Shown: positions 48,999-59,307 of the stretch, piece by piece
Numbering within the stretch: the first letter of the stretch is position 1
Layout of the letters: each line of letters starts with the position of its first letter
From: a virus
Direction: 5' to 3' (one strand)
DNA length: 64,000 bases
IMG/VR virus record: IMGVR_UViG_3300050343_000243
Span: 15,463 to 79,462 of that record
Position numbers and translations under genes: made by a program
The notes under the pieces: generated by a model
Database searches by the model: none
Told to the model about the DNA's origin: nothing
Seen by the model: only the letters and a program-made list of their open reading frames with translations

Positions 48999-49595
48999 TC
49001 AATAAGTACCACCGTCGATTGTATCTGTATATGATGTTGTAGTGCCTGATTGAGTTAAAACAAACGTACCGTCAGTAGTAGGTTCGCTTATAAAACTTGA
49101 TATATCTGGACCTGCAATATCAATTGTCGCAGCACCTGCTTGGTTCAAAGTAAATGAGCCCCCTGTAACAGTAATTCCTGTACTACCAGTGATATCTATC
49201 TGTGGATTATTAGCTGCTGGTATTGCTGTAATATCTCCTTCAGCTGTAGTGAGACGTGTATCTAATGCACTAATGTCACTTGTATTGGTACTAATGCCAT
49301 TTGTATTGGTACTAATAGAATTTGTATTAGTACTGATATTATTTGCGTTGGTGCTTATTGCATTTGTATTGGCACTAATAGCATTTGTATTGGTGGTTAT
49401 GTTTCCTGAATTAACAGTATCCCCCGCATCTACATAGAACTTGTTAGCAGCATCAAGGTTCACAGCAGGGTTTGGTACTCCTGTCAGGCCGTTGGACTGT
49501 AGGTTAACGGCACCATCGACGATCAAGTTATCGCCACTCTGGAATAACTCCTGATAACCAGCAGGGTTGAGAACTGTGATCTTACGATTTGCCAT
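48999..49595 (-). CDS. Fibre protein with I-x-x-N-T-N heptad coiled coil
   Basis: About six tandem ISTNTNA-like heptads (21-bp repeats, ~49265-49410). Confidence 0.75.
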   Translation of the reverse strand: MANRKITVLNPAGYQELFQSGDNLIVDGAVNLQSNGLTGVPNPAVNLDAANKFYVDAGDTVNSGNITTNTNAISANTNAISTNANNISTNTNSISTNTNGISTNTSDISALDTRLTTAEGDITAIPAANNPQIDITGSTGITVTGGSFTLNQAGAATIDIAGPDISSFISEPTTDGTFVLTQSGTTTSYTDTIDGGTY

Positions 49596-50131
49596 TAGAT
49601 TACCGTTGCGGATTGGATTTCAATAGACATCTTGTTGGTGTCTACTGCGACACCGCAGGAGCGAACAACTGCACCGGCTGTCGTCGTGTCGGGAGTAGTA
49701 GTCCAGTTGCCTGGTGTGGTGCTTAAGTAATACGTAACGCCTGGTGTCAAATTAGTTGGTGTTGTATCAACGTATAAATTTGAGTAGAAGAAGTCCTCAA
49801 CCATATTGCGGACATACTTACAAGGTGAGGATGCACTTATGCTTTCGGTAGCCATACCAGCAACCGTTGCTGTACTGATAGAAGACGCATCTGCGAGATC
49901 AAGCTCACCACTTGAATTGACGTAGACAAGTTGTCCTGCCTCAATATCTACAGCAGTAATAGCCGTAACAGATAAGTCTGCACTTGCACCCCCTCCTGTA
50001 GGTGTACCAGTGTCATCAATACGCAGACGCCAGGTCCCAATAGTTCCTACGTTGTCTCCTGATGCTGTCAAAGGATTTAGGTAGATATAACTTCTACCAA
50101 ATTTGTCTTTTGTTTCGCCTACGTTTGGCAT
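49595..50131 (-). CDS. Structural protein
   Basis: LADA....G.A, LTPG..YYLS pattern. Confidence 0.7.
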   Translation of the reverse strand: MPNVGETKDKFGRSYIYLNPLTASGDNVGTIGTWRLRIDDTGTPTGGGASADLSVTAITAVDIEAGQLVYVNSSGELDLADASSISTATVAGMATESISASSPCKYVRNMVEDFFYSNLYVDTTPTNLTPGVTYYLSTTPGNWTTTPDTTTAGAVVRSCGVAVDTNKMSIEIQSATVI

Positions 50132-50141
50132 ATCAACTTGG

Positions 50142-50378
50142 CTAACTATCTTCTATTATTTTAACGGCTTCTGGTGATAGCCTTCCGAGTTCTTTCTTGA
50201 GTGAATCTTCAAGCACCACGGCAAGTAAATGCTGATAGCGCATTAATGATTCAGCGCAAGTTACCAGTTGCTTACGCATCTCTTTAATATCATCACACTT
50301 TTCAATCTCATCTTTAATCACCCTCATACGGAGAGCTTTTTCCATTGGCAATTCAAAATCCTCGGGATTGAATAGCAT
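50142..50378 (-). CDS. Possible second NblA-like helical protein
   Basis: EL.ME..LR.R.....I....D..E.R..L helix pattern. Confidence 0.4.
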   Translation of the reverse strand: MLFNPEDFELPMEKALRMRVIKDEIEKCDDIKEMRKQLVTCAESLMRYQHLLAVVLEDSLKKELGRLSPEAVKIIEDS

Positions 50379-50442
50379 TTTTTTATAACAATCACATATC
50401 AAAAGTCTAACAAGCACGCAAAACTAAATTGATATTCACTCT

Positions 50443-52398
50443 TTAAGCTTCTAAGAAAGTCTTGTCAACTGCAACGATCGCACCGTCCGCTTTATTAACG
50501 ACGAGGAACAGATAGTTGTCATTGCCACTGCCATCAACAGGCACAGTACCTGCGGATGTTGCACCAACCAAAGTGTTGACATTTGCACCAGTAGTAACCT
50601 TGCCAGCAATGTCTGTTTGCATCGTATTCTTTGCAGTTTCTAGTTCCCCAAGTTTTGTCCTGACGTCAATAGGATTGCTATAAAGAGGACCAGCAGCGTT
50701 TGCACTTAGATTACAGAGGATCAAGTCCTTGGCATATGCTTTGTCTGCTACTGCAAAGACACGAGTGTTGTTGTGGATATAGTTAAACGATTCGTTTGAG
50801 CCATACTCCCAGCTGTACTCATAGGGGTTTGTACTAGTACCAAAGGTGGTGTAGTGAGTACCTGAACCAGCGGGGACAAATGTCTTGAACTTCATTGCCT
50901 TATCGCCATAGACAGCATTGTCAGAGAAGTCAATACCAGCCAATGTCGTATCAGTGTTGTTGATCTTGACCTGTGCAAATGCATTACTACCCTTTGATAC
51001 CAAGTCATTTCGTAGCACTACCTCACGGTCGTCAATATATTTCTTGTTCGCTGCATCTTTTAAAGCAACAGGGTCCCCAACATTATTTATCTGGTTATTG
51101 TCCATATTGATTGCACCAGACAGGGTTCCACCAGATGCCGACAATTTTGCTGCTACATCAGCAGCAGAAGGTAGAAGAGTAATTTCTGTCTGCATAACGG
51201 CTACATTAGTATTAAGTGTTGAAGTCGTTGCAGTCAATCCAGCAACCGTTTGCTCAATTGCCGTAATGTCTGATTCAAGTGCGACTTTATCTGCATTAAC
51301 GAGATAGTCTGCTTCGATGTTCGCAACTGCTGTTTCGATCGCAGCAGCACCAATGGTGATTCCGTTAGCACCTTCAGTAACAACAAGGTTTCCAGTAGCG
51401 TTGATGTTGACACCAGTAAGTAGACCACCGCTGTCTTTTAGCCAGATGCCTGGAGTAGATCCATTGCCAGCACCCTGTGTGGCAGAGGTTCCAAGGCTGT
51501 AAGTCTTTGAAGGTAATGCTTGTAAGTTCCCAACGGCTGTCTGCAAGGCTGTAACGTTTACTTCTACTGCTTCGATATCTGTATTCAGTCCTGCATCTAC
51601 CGCCTGTAGTGCTGTGATTGCTGCATCACCACTGATGTCTGGATATGGAGTGACTGGATGCCAGCTGGTGTGCTCGTAAACGTACAGCGTTTGATTGGCT
51701 GTTTTGTAGAACAACTCACCATCAGCACCAGAACTAGGCAGGGTTGCACCTTTTGCTACCGTTGCACTTCCGTCAATTACTGTCTCAAGTTCAAGCAGAG
51801 CTGCATATACCCACTGGTTATAACTTTCCTGTGTTGTAGCGGTAGTTGATGTAAGGGTATTACCAGGTGCAGTGAAACTTGCTGTTGTTGCATTAGTGAG
51901 AATTAAATTAGGTGTACTGAATCCAGTGGGTGCAGTTATCTGATCCCAACTTGCGCCGTCATAGATATAGAGAGCTTGATTATTAGTGTTGAACCAGAGA
52001 GCACCTACAACTTCTTGTACTGGAGGATTAGCATCAACGGTCGGAATACCATCAGCACCATTTGTTTGGTAGTAACCATCATCTAGCCATATAAACAAGC
52101 GACCTTGACGTTTGTCGAACCAAAGATCTCCATTTTTAGGTGATGGGTTAAACGCACCACCTGAGATATTGCCATCACCATCAACTTCAATCTCCCAACC
52201 GGGTGGATACTCACTAGAATCTGCTGTGCCCCATCTCTGCAATTCAACGATTGCTTTGATGATGCCTTGATAGTTCGGCGGATAATATCTGGATGATTCT
52301 CCCTGTGATTCACGCAACGCATTGAATGCATCAATAATCCCCTGGAAACTGCTAGCAGTTTGGTTAGATGATGATGTACTCGGATATGTAAAAGTCAC
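50443..52398 (-). CDS. Tail or virion structural protein
   Basis: GDLWFD...GRLF.W repeats, coiled coils. Confidence 0.75.
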   Translation of the reverse strand: MTFTYPSTSSSNQTASSFQGIIDAFNALRESQGESSRYYPPNYQGIIKAIVELQRWGTADSSEYPPGWEIEVDGDGNISGGAFNPSPKNGDLWFDKRQGRLFIWLDDGYYQTNGADGIPTVDANPPVQEVVGALWFNTNNQALYIYDGASWDQITAPTGFSTPNLILTNATTASFTAPGNTLTSTTATTQESYNQWVYAALLELETVIDGSATVAKGATLPSSGADGELFYKTANQTLYVYEHTSWHPVTPYPDISGDAAITALQAVDAGLNTDIEAVEVNVTALQTAVGNLQALPSKTYSLGTSATQGAGNGSTPGIWLKDSGGLLTGVNINATGNLVVTEGANGITIGAAAIETAVANIEADYLVNADKVALESDITAIEQTVAGLTATTSTLNTNVAVMQTEITLLPSAADVAAKLSASGGTLSGAINMDNNQINNVGDPVALKDAANKKYIDDREVVLRNDLVSKGSNAFAQVKINNTDTTLAGIDFSDNAVYGDKAMKFKTFVPAGSGTHYTTFGTSTNPYEYSWEYGSNESFNYIHNNTRVFAVADKAYAKDLILCNLSANAAGPLYSNPIDVRTKLGELETAKNTMQTDIAGKVTTGANVNTLVGATSAGTVPVDGSGNDNYLFLVVNKADGAIVAVDKTFLEA

Positions 52399-52436
52399 AA
52401 CGCGCTATTCTACTGTACTTCTCCTATTGTATTTGA

Positions 52437-54200
52437 TTAGAAGTTGCTAGTTAATAGCACGTACCCTAGTTCTACGTCATCTAAATTTAAAGCCTCTGCT
52501 AATGAATAGATCAGCTCAACAGTAGTAATCTCTGATCTACGCAACTGTGCATTAAATTCTTCAGCTACTTCATTAATATCATTTGCAAGCTTCTCTTCAA
52601 AGTTTTGTCGAAGCTCATATGTAGGTAGGGAGCTAGGTTCCTGCACTCTCACTTTATTGATAAACATTGAAGCGATAGTGTGCTTGCATACCTTGAAACC
52701 TTTCTTATATTCACCAGTAGCCCAAGACTGTGCAATCGTTGCAGCTCTACCTAGACCAGCAACATCAAAATCACTAACACCCTTCGCTGTAGGGAATGGT
52801 GCTCTTACTTGTCTGTTCAATTTGTTTTCTCGATCATCATATACTTCGGGACTACGGATGATTGCTCGAAGGTATGAAGGGCAGCTGCATGTGTATACAT
52901 CAGCAAACGTTAAAGCGTTATCTGCTGTGAAGACTTCATCTTGCCAGGCATCAACATCTAGTTGAATTTTGGTCCATGTTTTCTCGCCAGGGATAGGCGT
53001 TTTATGGTTATAGTTTCCATCAGCATCGAAATCTGGAAGCTCTTTTGTAAAACTATTATCTGCAAACACTACCCACCTCTCATTTGCTGATGGTGCAAAC
53101 AAGCGTAGTGATGCTTGGAATGGAACAGAAGTGAGATAAAGTAAACCAGCAGACTCATCTATTCGTATTGACTGAATGATCCACGGTTGAATGGCATAAG
53201 ACAGGCGATCTACTTCATTCCTCACAACATCTGCAGTTAGATACTGTTGACCATAGAATCTTTGATATTCATTCTTTTCAATAACAAACGTACCATTGAG
53301 ACTGCCTGTAGTATTTAATGTTTTAAAAATACTAGGAAGAGTATCTATTTCACTCAAAAGAGGAGGCAAGTCATCTGTTGTTTCTAGAATATTGATCTCT
53401 TCTCCACCAACAAAGTCGGCAGTCCTAACGCCGACAGAATCAGCTGAGTCTATAAATTGATCTAATTGCGTTATCGGTCTTGTAGTTTCAAACTGCGGCA
53501 TATACACTGACTTGCCAACCAGTGACTGTAAATTACCAAAGTTGTCCTGAATAAATTGACTTGCTCTGATCTCAACTAATGGGATAGTGATATTGACGGA
53601 CGTTCCTTCTTTGGGACTTTTGCCTAGAAATATAGCTGGATGTTTATCTGTAGTAAGTATCCAAATGATATTTGCAGCTGTTATACCGTCAGTAACTCTT
53701 TCACCAGTTGATCTTAAAAGAAGATCGTCTGACGTTGTATTGCCTCCTGTGCTGATCTTTGTCCAAATCTCTCTATTCTTATATTGCAGAGGATAAGTAA
53801 TTTGATCTGATTCTATTTCTGTTATAACGCCCAGTTGACGATTCTGATCGATCGATCGTCGTATTGCATAGTGAGTCCTACTGTCTGCATTACGTGTAGC
53901 AAACCGGTAGCCATCGAACGTGACAGGTACTTCGTGTTCAGTTCCTTGGTATAGGACAGCATTTGTTTCCGTAAAGTTGAGGTAAGCACCTTGGAAGTAG
54001 TACTCCATGCCACGACGCCAGCGTGCCCATGTACTTTCTATGTTGTATTGCTCAATGACAGACCGAGTAAATGTCGAACCAAAGTCACGCTTGGCAGGAT
54101 AGTTACCAAGCGCTTTAGTTCCTTTACCTTTGGTGATGCTGTCAAACTTCTTGAATCCTGGACCGCCTATATTCCCAAACCCATTCTGCTTCCTAGGCAT
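52437..54200 (-). CDS. Large hypothetical protein with SWIM-like CSC...CKH
   Basis: YTCSCP ... VCKH. Confidence 0.7.
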   Translation of the reverse strand: MPRKQNGFGNIGGPGFKKFDSITKGKGTKALGNYPAKRDFGSTFTRSVIEQYNIESTWARWRRGMEYYFQGAYLNFTETNAVLYQGTEHEVPVTFDGYRFATRNADSRTHYAIRRSIDQNRQLGVITEIESDQITYPLQYKNREIWTKISTGGNTTSDDLLLRSTGERVTDGITAANIIWILTTDKHPAIFLGKSPKEGTSVNITIPLVEIRASQFIQDNFGNLQSLVGKSVYMPQFETTRPITQLDQFIDSADSVGVRTADFVGGEEINILETTDDLPPLLSEIDTLPSIFKTLNTTGSLNGTFVIEKNEYQRFYGQQYLTADVVRNEVDRLSYAIQPWIIQSIRIDESAGLLYLTSVPFQASLRLFAPSANERWVVFADNSFTKELPDFDADGNYNHKTPIPGEKTWTKIQLDVDAWQDEVFTADNALTFADVYTCSCPSYLRAIIRSPEVYDDRENKLNRQVRAPFPTAKGVSDFDVAGLGRAATIAQSWATGEYKKGFKVCKHTIASMFINKVRVQEPSSLPTYELRQNFEEKLANDINEVAEEFNAQLRRSEITTVELIYSLAEALNLDDVELGYVLLTSNF

Positions 54201-54203
54201 GGA

Positions 54204-54689
54204 TCAATAAAATCCGCCTTGAGCTCCGATTATAGGAGTATCAGCTGTGCTATTAGGGGCTGCTAATTGCAGTGTTGCCCATAGTGCTTTCCCTTTCGGA
54301 ACGTACAAAGCTTGTGCCTGTGCTTGACTTCCTACATGAGGGACAGGAGCCAAAATACTTGGAAGCACTGCCTTGGTTTTTGCACCAGAAGTCGTGGCAC
54401 TTTCGATACTTGCGATGTAAATGCCTTCACCTGGACGAAGATAGTCAACTGACGTGCTCATATAGAACAGCACTGTGTAGGCAGTTGAGGATCCTGTACG
54501 TGCAATAGCGTATAAATCCTCAACAATTCCACCATCATTGGTAGTGCAGTCAACCAGAATGGCAGACTGGTTAGTACCAAGAATATCTAATGATGTACCA
54601 GATCCTGATGTGAGAGTATTTCCCTCGATAGCGTTATGAAATACGCGGTCAATAAGGAGGGGTTGCTTATTAGTAGCGGTTGTTGCCAT
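54204..54689 (-). CDS. Putative virion protein
   Basis: 161 aa in structural cluster. Confidence 0.7.
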   Translation of the reverse strand: MATTATNKQPLLIDRVFHNAIEGNTLTSGSGTSLDILGTNQSAILVDCTTNDGGIVEDLYAIARTGSSTAYTVLFYMSTSVDYLRPGEGIYIASIESATTSGAKTKAVLPSILAPVPHVGSQAQAQALYVPKGKALWATLQLAAPNSTADTPIIGAQGGFY

Positions 54690-55243
54690 TACTTCTTACC
54701 TTTCTTTTGAATTTTGGTTGGTGTGGAGCCGGGGATCATTTCACCACCGACAACTTGTTGCGATGTAGGCATTGCACCAAGAGGTGAGCCGCCGCCAGGG
54801 ATCGTTGGATCAAGAGCACCTGGCATCAAAGCAGGGCTTCCAGTGATTCCCATGAACTGACTTGAGGTCAATCCTTTCTGCATAGCCTCACCACCAAGAC
54901 GCATGCCTTCCATAGGCTCTTGTGAATTGACAGCAGGCTGTTGTTGGTAGCCATAAGGAATTTGGCCATTAAGTCCGCGTCCCATTACGCCACTACCGAT
55001 ACCGGAGTTTTCTACTTTGAATGGATCAAGAATGTCTGCTCCTAGTTGAGCAGGAGCGGCCATACCAGAATCACCATATGGATATTCATTGACACCACTC
55101 ATGGAACTAGGTTGTCCACCAAAACTAGTAACATTCATTGGGTTGTTATTCATAGGACCGCCAGGCATGACAGCCATATTCTTTGCAACCTTGAACCGAT
55201 TAGGGTCAAGCATTTGTGCGTTGTCTTGCTTACTATTAGCCAT
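54689..55243 (-). CDS. Gly/Met/Pro-rich protein
   Basis: 184-aa coupled ORF. Confidence 0.7.
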   Translation of the reverse strand: MANSKQDNAQMLDPNRFKVAKNMAVMPGGPMNNNPMNVTSFGGQPSSMSGVNEYPYGDSGMAAPAQLGADILDPFKVENSGIGSGVMGRGLNGQIPYGYQQQPAVNSQEPMEGMRLGGEAMQKGLTSSQFMGITGSPALMPGALDPTIPGGGSPLGAMPTSQQVVGGEMIPGSTPTKIQKKGKK

Positions 55244-55590
55244 CAGATACTCCCGGTTTGTGATCGATCATTCAAGCTATAGCCAGCATTACTGGCTGCT
55301 TGTGTGTACATGTTTAGACGACGCTCAAGATCGTCAGTTTGGAACTGATCTGGATTAGAGCTTGCATATTCTGTCATTGATTCACCAGTCTCCACTGATC
55401 CTGAAAGATTGCGGATGTCTTCAACAGGAGAATTAGTTGTTGAACTTACTTGTGCTTCTGGTGCTTGCTTACCAAACACACTTGGATTACCATCGCCTTG
55501 GGCTTTGGCTTGGCGAAGGCGCTCTTGATAGTCACGCTCTTTGCTATCCATAGTGATTTTAGTAGCACCATGTGTTGATACTGGATGCAT
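55243..55590 (-). CDS. Hypothetical protein
   Basis: TAGAATAG at 55615-55622. Confidence 0.7.
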   Translation of the reverse strand: MHPVSTHGATKITMDSKERDYQERLRQAKAQGDGNPSVFGKQAPEAQVSSTTNSPVEDIRNLSGSVETGESMTEYASSNPDQFQTDDLERRLNMYTQAASNAGYSLNDRSQTGSI

Positions 55591-55625
55591 AACTATGAAA
55601 GATCTTACCTAAAACTATTCTACTA

Positions 55626-56123
55626 TTATCTCCACTCTTGACTTAAGGTCATCCTCGAACCTACTGCTGTATCAGCAGGGCCAGGTACAGCCATAATAAA
55701 CTCACTACCAGCACGATCATAGGCATACCTCCTAACTTCAGGGCGGCGATAATTAGCAACATACAAAGTTTCTGCCATCCGGTCACATTCCCGGAGGTAG
55801 ATTTCTCTGAAGTACTCATCACCTTTCAGTGGGTCTGACTGTGAAATTGTCCGTTGAATATCTCCCGAGATGATCTCTTGTCTAGAGAAGTTGACAATAC
55901 CTTGTCCTCCTGTCTCATTAATGTCATCAGGGAAGTAAGCAGATACCTGCCATGCGTTATCACAACGCTTGACGTGATAAACAACTTGGTTATACCAGAG
56001 CTCGTCTGGAATAAGAGACATGGCTTCTTCTAAACGTGCTCTATCACCAGCGGGAAGCTGCGCACCAGCGTTATATCCAAGATGGAATCTGATTGAAGAC
56101 TTCAGGTACTCACTTAATTCCAT
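55626..56123 (-). CDS. Putative head-completion protein
   Basis: IRFHLGY N-terminus; position after the capsid genes. Confidence 0.55.
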   Translation of the reverse strand: MELSEYLKSSIRFHLGYNAGAQLPAGDRARLEEAMSLIPDELWYNQVVYHVKRCDNAWQVSAYFPDDINETGGQGIVNFSRQEIISGDIQRTISQSDPLKGDEYFREIYLRECDRMAETLYVANYRRPEVRRYAYDRAGSEFIMAVPGPADTAVGSRMTLSQEWR

Positions 56124-56518
56124 TACTGCATCTGCGAAGGATCGGTATATAGCTCACCCAAGAGCTGTGCGAGCTGTTGCTCTTCAATTGAATTAATTGA
56201 TCCTTTTGCTTGAATCTTGCCTAACAGCTTTCCTGCATCACCTTCTTTAGCCATTGCAGCCATACCGCCACCCATCAATCCACCCAGCAGCATTCCAGTA
56301 AGACCACCAGCAATACGTGCACCGGACTTAAACCTTGCAGGGGTATGACCCCTCATGTGATTAATACCTCTACCGATTTGATGCTGAACATTCCCCGCAG
56401 CTGCACCTAATGCTGCACCACCCAGACCACCAACAATCTGACCAGTTTGCTGTGCTTCTAGTCTTTCTGTTTCTTCTTGAGCAGCTTTAAGTAGCAGTGC
56501 CTCTTCTAGTGACAGCAT
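56123..56518 (-). CDS. Gly-zipper protein
   Basis: GGLGGAALG and LGGLMGGG repeats. Confidence 0.7.
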   Translation of the reverse strand: MLSLEEALLLKAAQEETERLEAQQTGQIVGGLGGAALGAAAGNVQHQIGRGINHMRGHTPARFKSGARIAGGLTGMLLGGLMGGGMAAMAKEGDAGKLLGKIQAKGSINSIEEQQLAQLLGELYTDPSQMQ

Positions 56519-56546
56519 CTATCTTGTCAGTAACATTATTACTAGT

Positions 56547-56978
56547 TTAACTAATGAAGATAAGGTCTTCTTCGATAAACTGTTCCCAGTTAACACGTGG
56601 GATGTTTTCTAATTGCTTGAGATTGTTGAAGCGCTCACCAGATAGCGACATTCGCAATTCAACGATACGCTTTGCAGTTGCGTAACCTACACCTGGAAGA
56701 CGTTTTGCAATCTGTTCTGCAGGTGCTGTATTCAAATTCAGACGAATGTCTTCAATAGGTACAACTCTTTCGGGAAGCTTTTCTTCGGGTTCGGGCTGAA
56801 CTTGTGGAGCCGCAACTTTAGATAGACGGCCTTTTTCTTTGTCGTAGGGGACGAGTGATTCAAGATTCACATAGGTAATGTTTCCACCTGCATCACGCAC
56901 CATTGCATATTCTTTGTCGTGCTTATTGATGAACTCAACCAGCTTGCCGGTGTTTCTATCTTGGAATAAATTGCTCAT
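56547..56978 (-). CDS. Helix-hairpin-helix (ComEA-like) DNA-binding protein
   Basis: LNLNTA..EQI...LPGVG...A.RIV..R. Confidence 0.85.
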   Translation of the reverse strand: MSNLFQDRNTGKLVEFINKHDKEYAMVRDAGGNITYVNLESLVPYDKEKGRLSKVAAPQVQPEPEEKLPERVVPIEDIRLNLNTAPAEQIAKRLPGVGYATAKRIVELRMSLSGERFNNLKQLENIPRVNWEQFIEEDLIFIS

Positions 56979-57012
56979 TTGTATGGTGACTACACTACCC
57001 CATTATAGGCAC

Positions 57013-57039
57013 AAAAAAAGACCCCCAAGTTGGGGGCCT
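57013..57039 (-). terminator. Capsid operon terminator
   Basis: GGCCCCC-AACTT-GGGGGTC followed by T7. Confidence 0.8.
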
Positions 57040-57056
57040 AGTTATTAACGAAAGGA

Positions 57057-57626
57057 TCAATAACCTTGACCAGCTTCAGTCCTGTAAGGGAGTGAGACGG
57101 AATCAGAGTCAGGTGCGTCAGCAGTGGTGTACCAGCAGACTTCGACGAGTACAGCAGCTTGGCTGGACTTGTCAACGATCGTCAGATCACCAGAGTAAGC
57201 AGCGGTGATGGCGGCAGCAGAACTCTCGGAGGAGACGGTTGCGAAGCCATCAAATGCTGTGGCGGCACCAGCAGCGGCAAAGTCACCACCCACGGCAGCC
57301 AAAGTAGCTTCCAAACCGGCAGTCGTCAGACCCTCAACCTTGACGGTTTGAGTGCCGGAGGCTTTCAGGTTAACGGTAGAGATTGCTGTGCGGTACACAG
57401 TTGCACCTGCAGGGACAGTCAACACCTTGTTCAGGCGAGGCTTGTCATCTTGACGCAGGTCGGGGGACTGAATTTCAACAGTCAATGTTCCACCACCGGT
57501 ATCATCGGAGGTGATAATTGCAGCACCAATGGCTTGATAGAACTCAATGCCAGGGATAGCTTCTACGCCTTGATCGCGATATGCGTTCAAAGCTGCTACA
57601 TAGTTACCGGGAAAAATTGTAGACAT
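57057..57626 (-). CDS. Putative capsid decoration / minor capsid protein
   Basis: Directly after MCP; AGGAG SD. Confidence 0.6.
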   Translation of the reverse strand: MSTIFPGNYVAALNAYRDQGVEAIPGIEFYQAIGAAIITSDDTGGGTLTVEIQSPDLRQDDKPRLNKVLTVPAGATVYRTAISTVNLKASGTQTVKVEGLTTAGLEATLAAVGGDFAAAGAATAFDGFATVSSESSAAAITAAYSGDLTIVDKSSQAAVLVEVCWYTTADAPDSDSVSLPYRTEAGQGY

Positions 57627-57642
57627 AGTTAGTTAACTCCTA

Positions 57643-58791
57643 TCAATATACGAAAGAGTAACCAACCGTGATGAAGTCCTTATTAAGTACTTCAAAACCG
57701 GCGAACAAGCTCCAGATCATGATGATGAAACGACTGAAGTCGTCGTTGTTGTTCAACAAGATTTGAGCGTTGTTACCACCAATACCCACGCCTACAGCTT
57801 GAGGGCCGAAGAAAACGAGCTGTGATGCTGTGTAATCAGCAGCGCCAGAGGCTTTATCGGTAACCACGAGGTTGTAAGAAGTCTCGGGCAGGTTGGTGGA
57901 CTCGAACCAACGGACACCCTCAAAGAGGAAGCCAGTAGGCATGACGGGTTGACCGGCAACAAAGCCAGCTTGTCCGTATGCAGGACCCATGCCTTGGTAG
58001 AAGTTGGCGTTGGGAGCCTGGTTAGGTTGCATCGGATTGATCATTCCGCTGCCGGGGTACCGGGCAATTTCACGGAAGTCAGAGTTCTGACGCAGGTGCA
58101 TCATCGCGGTTGGATCCACGATGCAGCGGTAGTAACCATCAGCGAAGGTAGGGACGTTGCGCTTACGCATGTCCTTAACAACTTCAAGGAGGTCAGTTGT
58201 GACATCAAACTTGGCAGATTCGCCTTCGGCATAAGTAACGCCGAGGGTTCCACCTGAACCACCCTTGGCTTTGCCGCCTGGGAGGTAGTAGCCACCTTGC
58301 TCTTTATCAGCGGCACCGTTTGCTTCTGCTTTCAGCAGTTCGTTTGCAAACACGCGGTCACGCCAGCGACGGTAGTCATCAAGCAGCGTCAGGCTACCGA
58401 TGGACTGGTGGAACACGTTGAGGTTGCCAGTGTCAAGAAGAAGACGCTGTGCAGTAATCAGGGTTTCGCGTGCAACTTTGAAGGTAGAAGGCTGTGCACT
58501 GTCGCGGGTATCGGCGGGGCCGGTGTACTCACGCAGGGTCACGAGGACCTTGTCCTTAACAATGTTGCGGGCTGAAGCGGTACCGAGGGTTTGATCGGCT
58601 GTCCGCTCGCGGGACTCCTTGGTTCCAGGCTTACCCCAGAAGCGGTAACGATCAAGCTGCACGGTTTGACCAGGCTGCTTTGAAAAATCGTGTACAACTA
58701 CGGGCTCAACTGCCATCTCAATGATGTAGGCAGGATGAGGACGGTAAAGTTCTGCACCAAGAAGCTTCGGAAAATCATTATCAATCCACAT
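57643..58791 (-). CDS. Major capsid protein
   Basis: 382 aa, GGAG SD, strong codon bias, G.L.GVR..ES and FG..A.G patterns. Confidence 0.8.
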   Translation of the reverse strand: MWIDNDFPKLLGAELYRPHPAYIIEMAVEPVVVHDFSKQPGQTVQLDRYRFWGKPGTKESRERTADQTLGTASARNIVKDKVLVTLREYTGPADTRDSAQPSTFKVARETLITAQRLLLDTGNLNVFHQSIGSLTLLDDYRRWRDRVFANELLKAEANGAADKEQGGYYLPGGKAKGGSGGTLGVTYAEGESAKFDVTTDLLEVVKDMRKRNVPTFADGYYRCIVDPTAMMHLRQNSDFREIARYPGSGMINPMQPNQAPNANFYQGMGPAYGQAGFVAGQPVMPTGFLFEGVRWFESTNLPETSYNLVVTDKASGAADYTASQLVFFGPQAVGVGIGGNNAQILLNNNDDFSRFIIMIWSLFAGFEVLNKDFITVGYSFVY

Positions 58792-58910
58792 GGATTAATA
58801 CTCCGTAAGCTAAAAAGGTATAAGTGACATCGACATTGCCACATAGTTAAATAGTACTAGTAATTGCTATACTTTTAAGTGAGTACCCAAGAATACTTGG
58901 TAATAATAAA

Positions 58911-59267
58911 ATGGAATTTATTGATAGTAATGAATGGATACCTGTGCACACTTTGCCAGGATACGAGTGCTGTATTGAGTACTACATAAACAAAAAAGGT
59001 GACGTCAAAAGTACTAAAGGTACTGTCGAACGATTACTAAAACAGAAAATTAGCAAGACTGGCTATCCAGTTGTTAACTTGACGCAAAGGATTGGACGGA
59101 AGCAATTAGTGACTGTACCTATTCATGCACTTGTAGCCTTTGCATTCCTAGGCACACCTCCAACTCCATACGGTAGAAAACGTGGTTGTTCTGTCATCAC
59201 ACACGTAGATGGGAACAAAACAAACAACTGCGCATCTAATTTACGTTGGAAGAAACGTGCTGAATAA
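58911..59267 (+). CDS. NUMOD4-HNH homing endonuclease-like protein
   Basis: W.P..GY...Y.I...G.V.S, H.LVA.AF, H.DGNK.NN...NL.W. Confidence 0.88.
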   Translation: MEFIDSNEWIPVHTLPGYECCIEYYINKKGDVKSTKGTVERLLKQKISKTGYPVVNLTQRIGRKQLVTVPIHALVAFAFLGTPPTPYGRKRGCSVITHVDGNKTNNCASNLRWKKRAE

Positions 59268-59307
59268 ATAATTGTCTAAAATAGTAGAAGGTATTTAATG
59301 TAATCTA

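Noticed and set aside
57021-57036. CCCCC-AAGTT-GGGGG as another repeat copy
   Set aside because: 5-nt loop with T7 on the - strand after the capsid operon; a normal terminator
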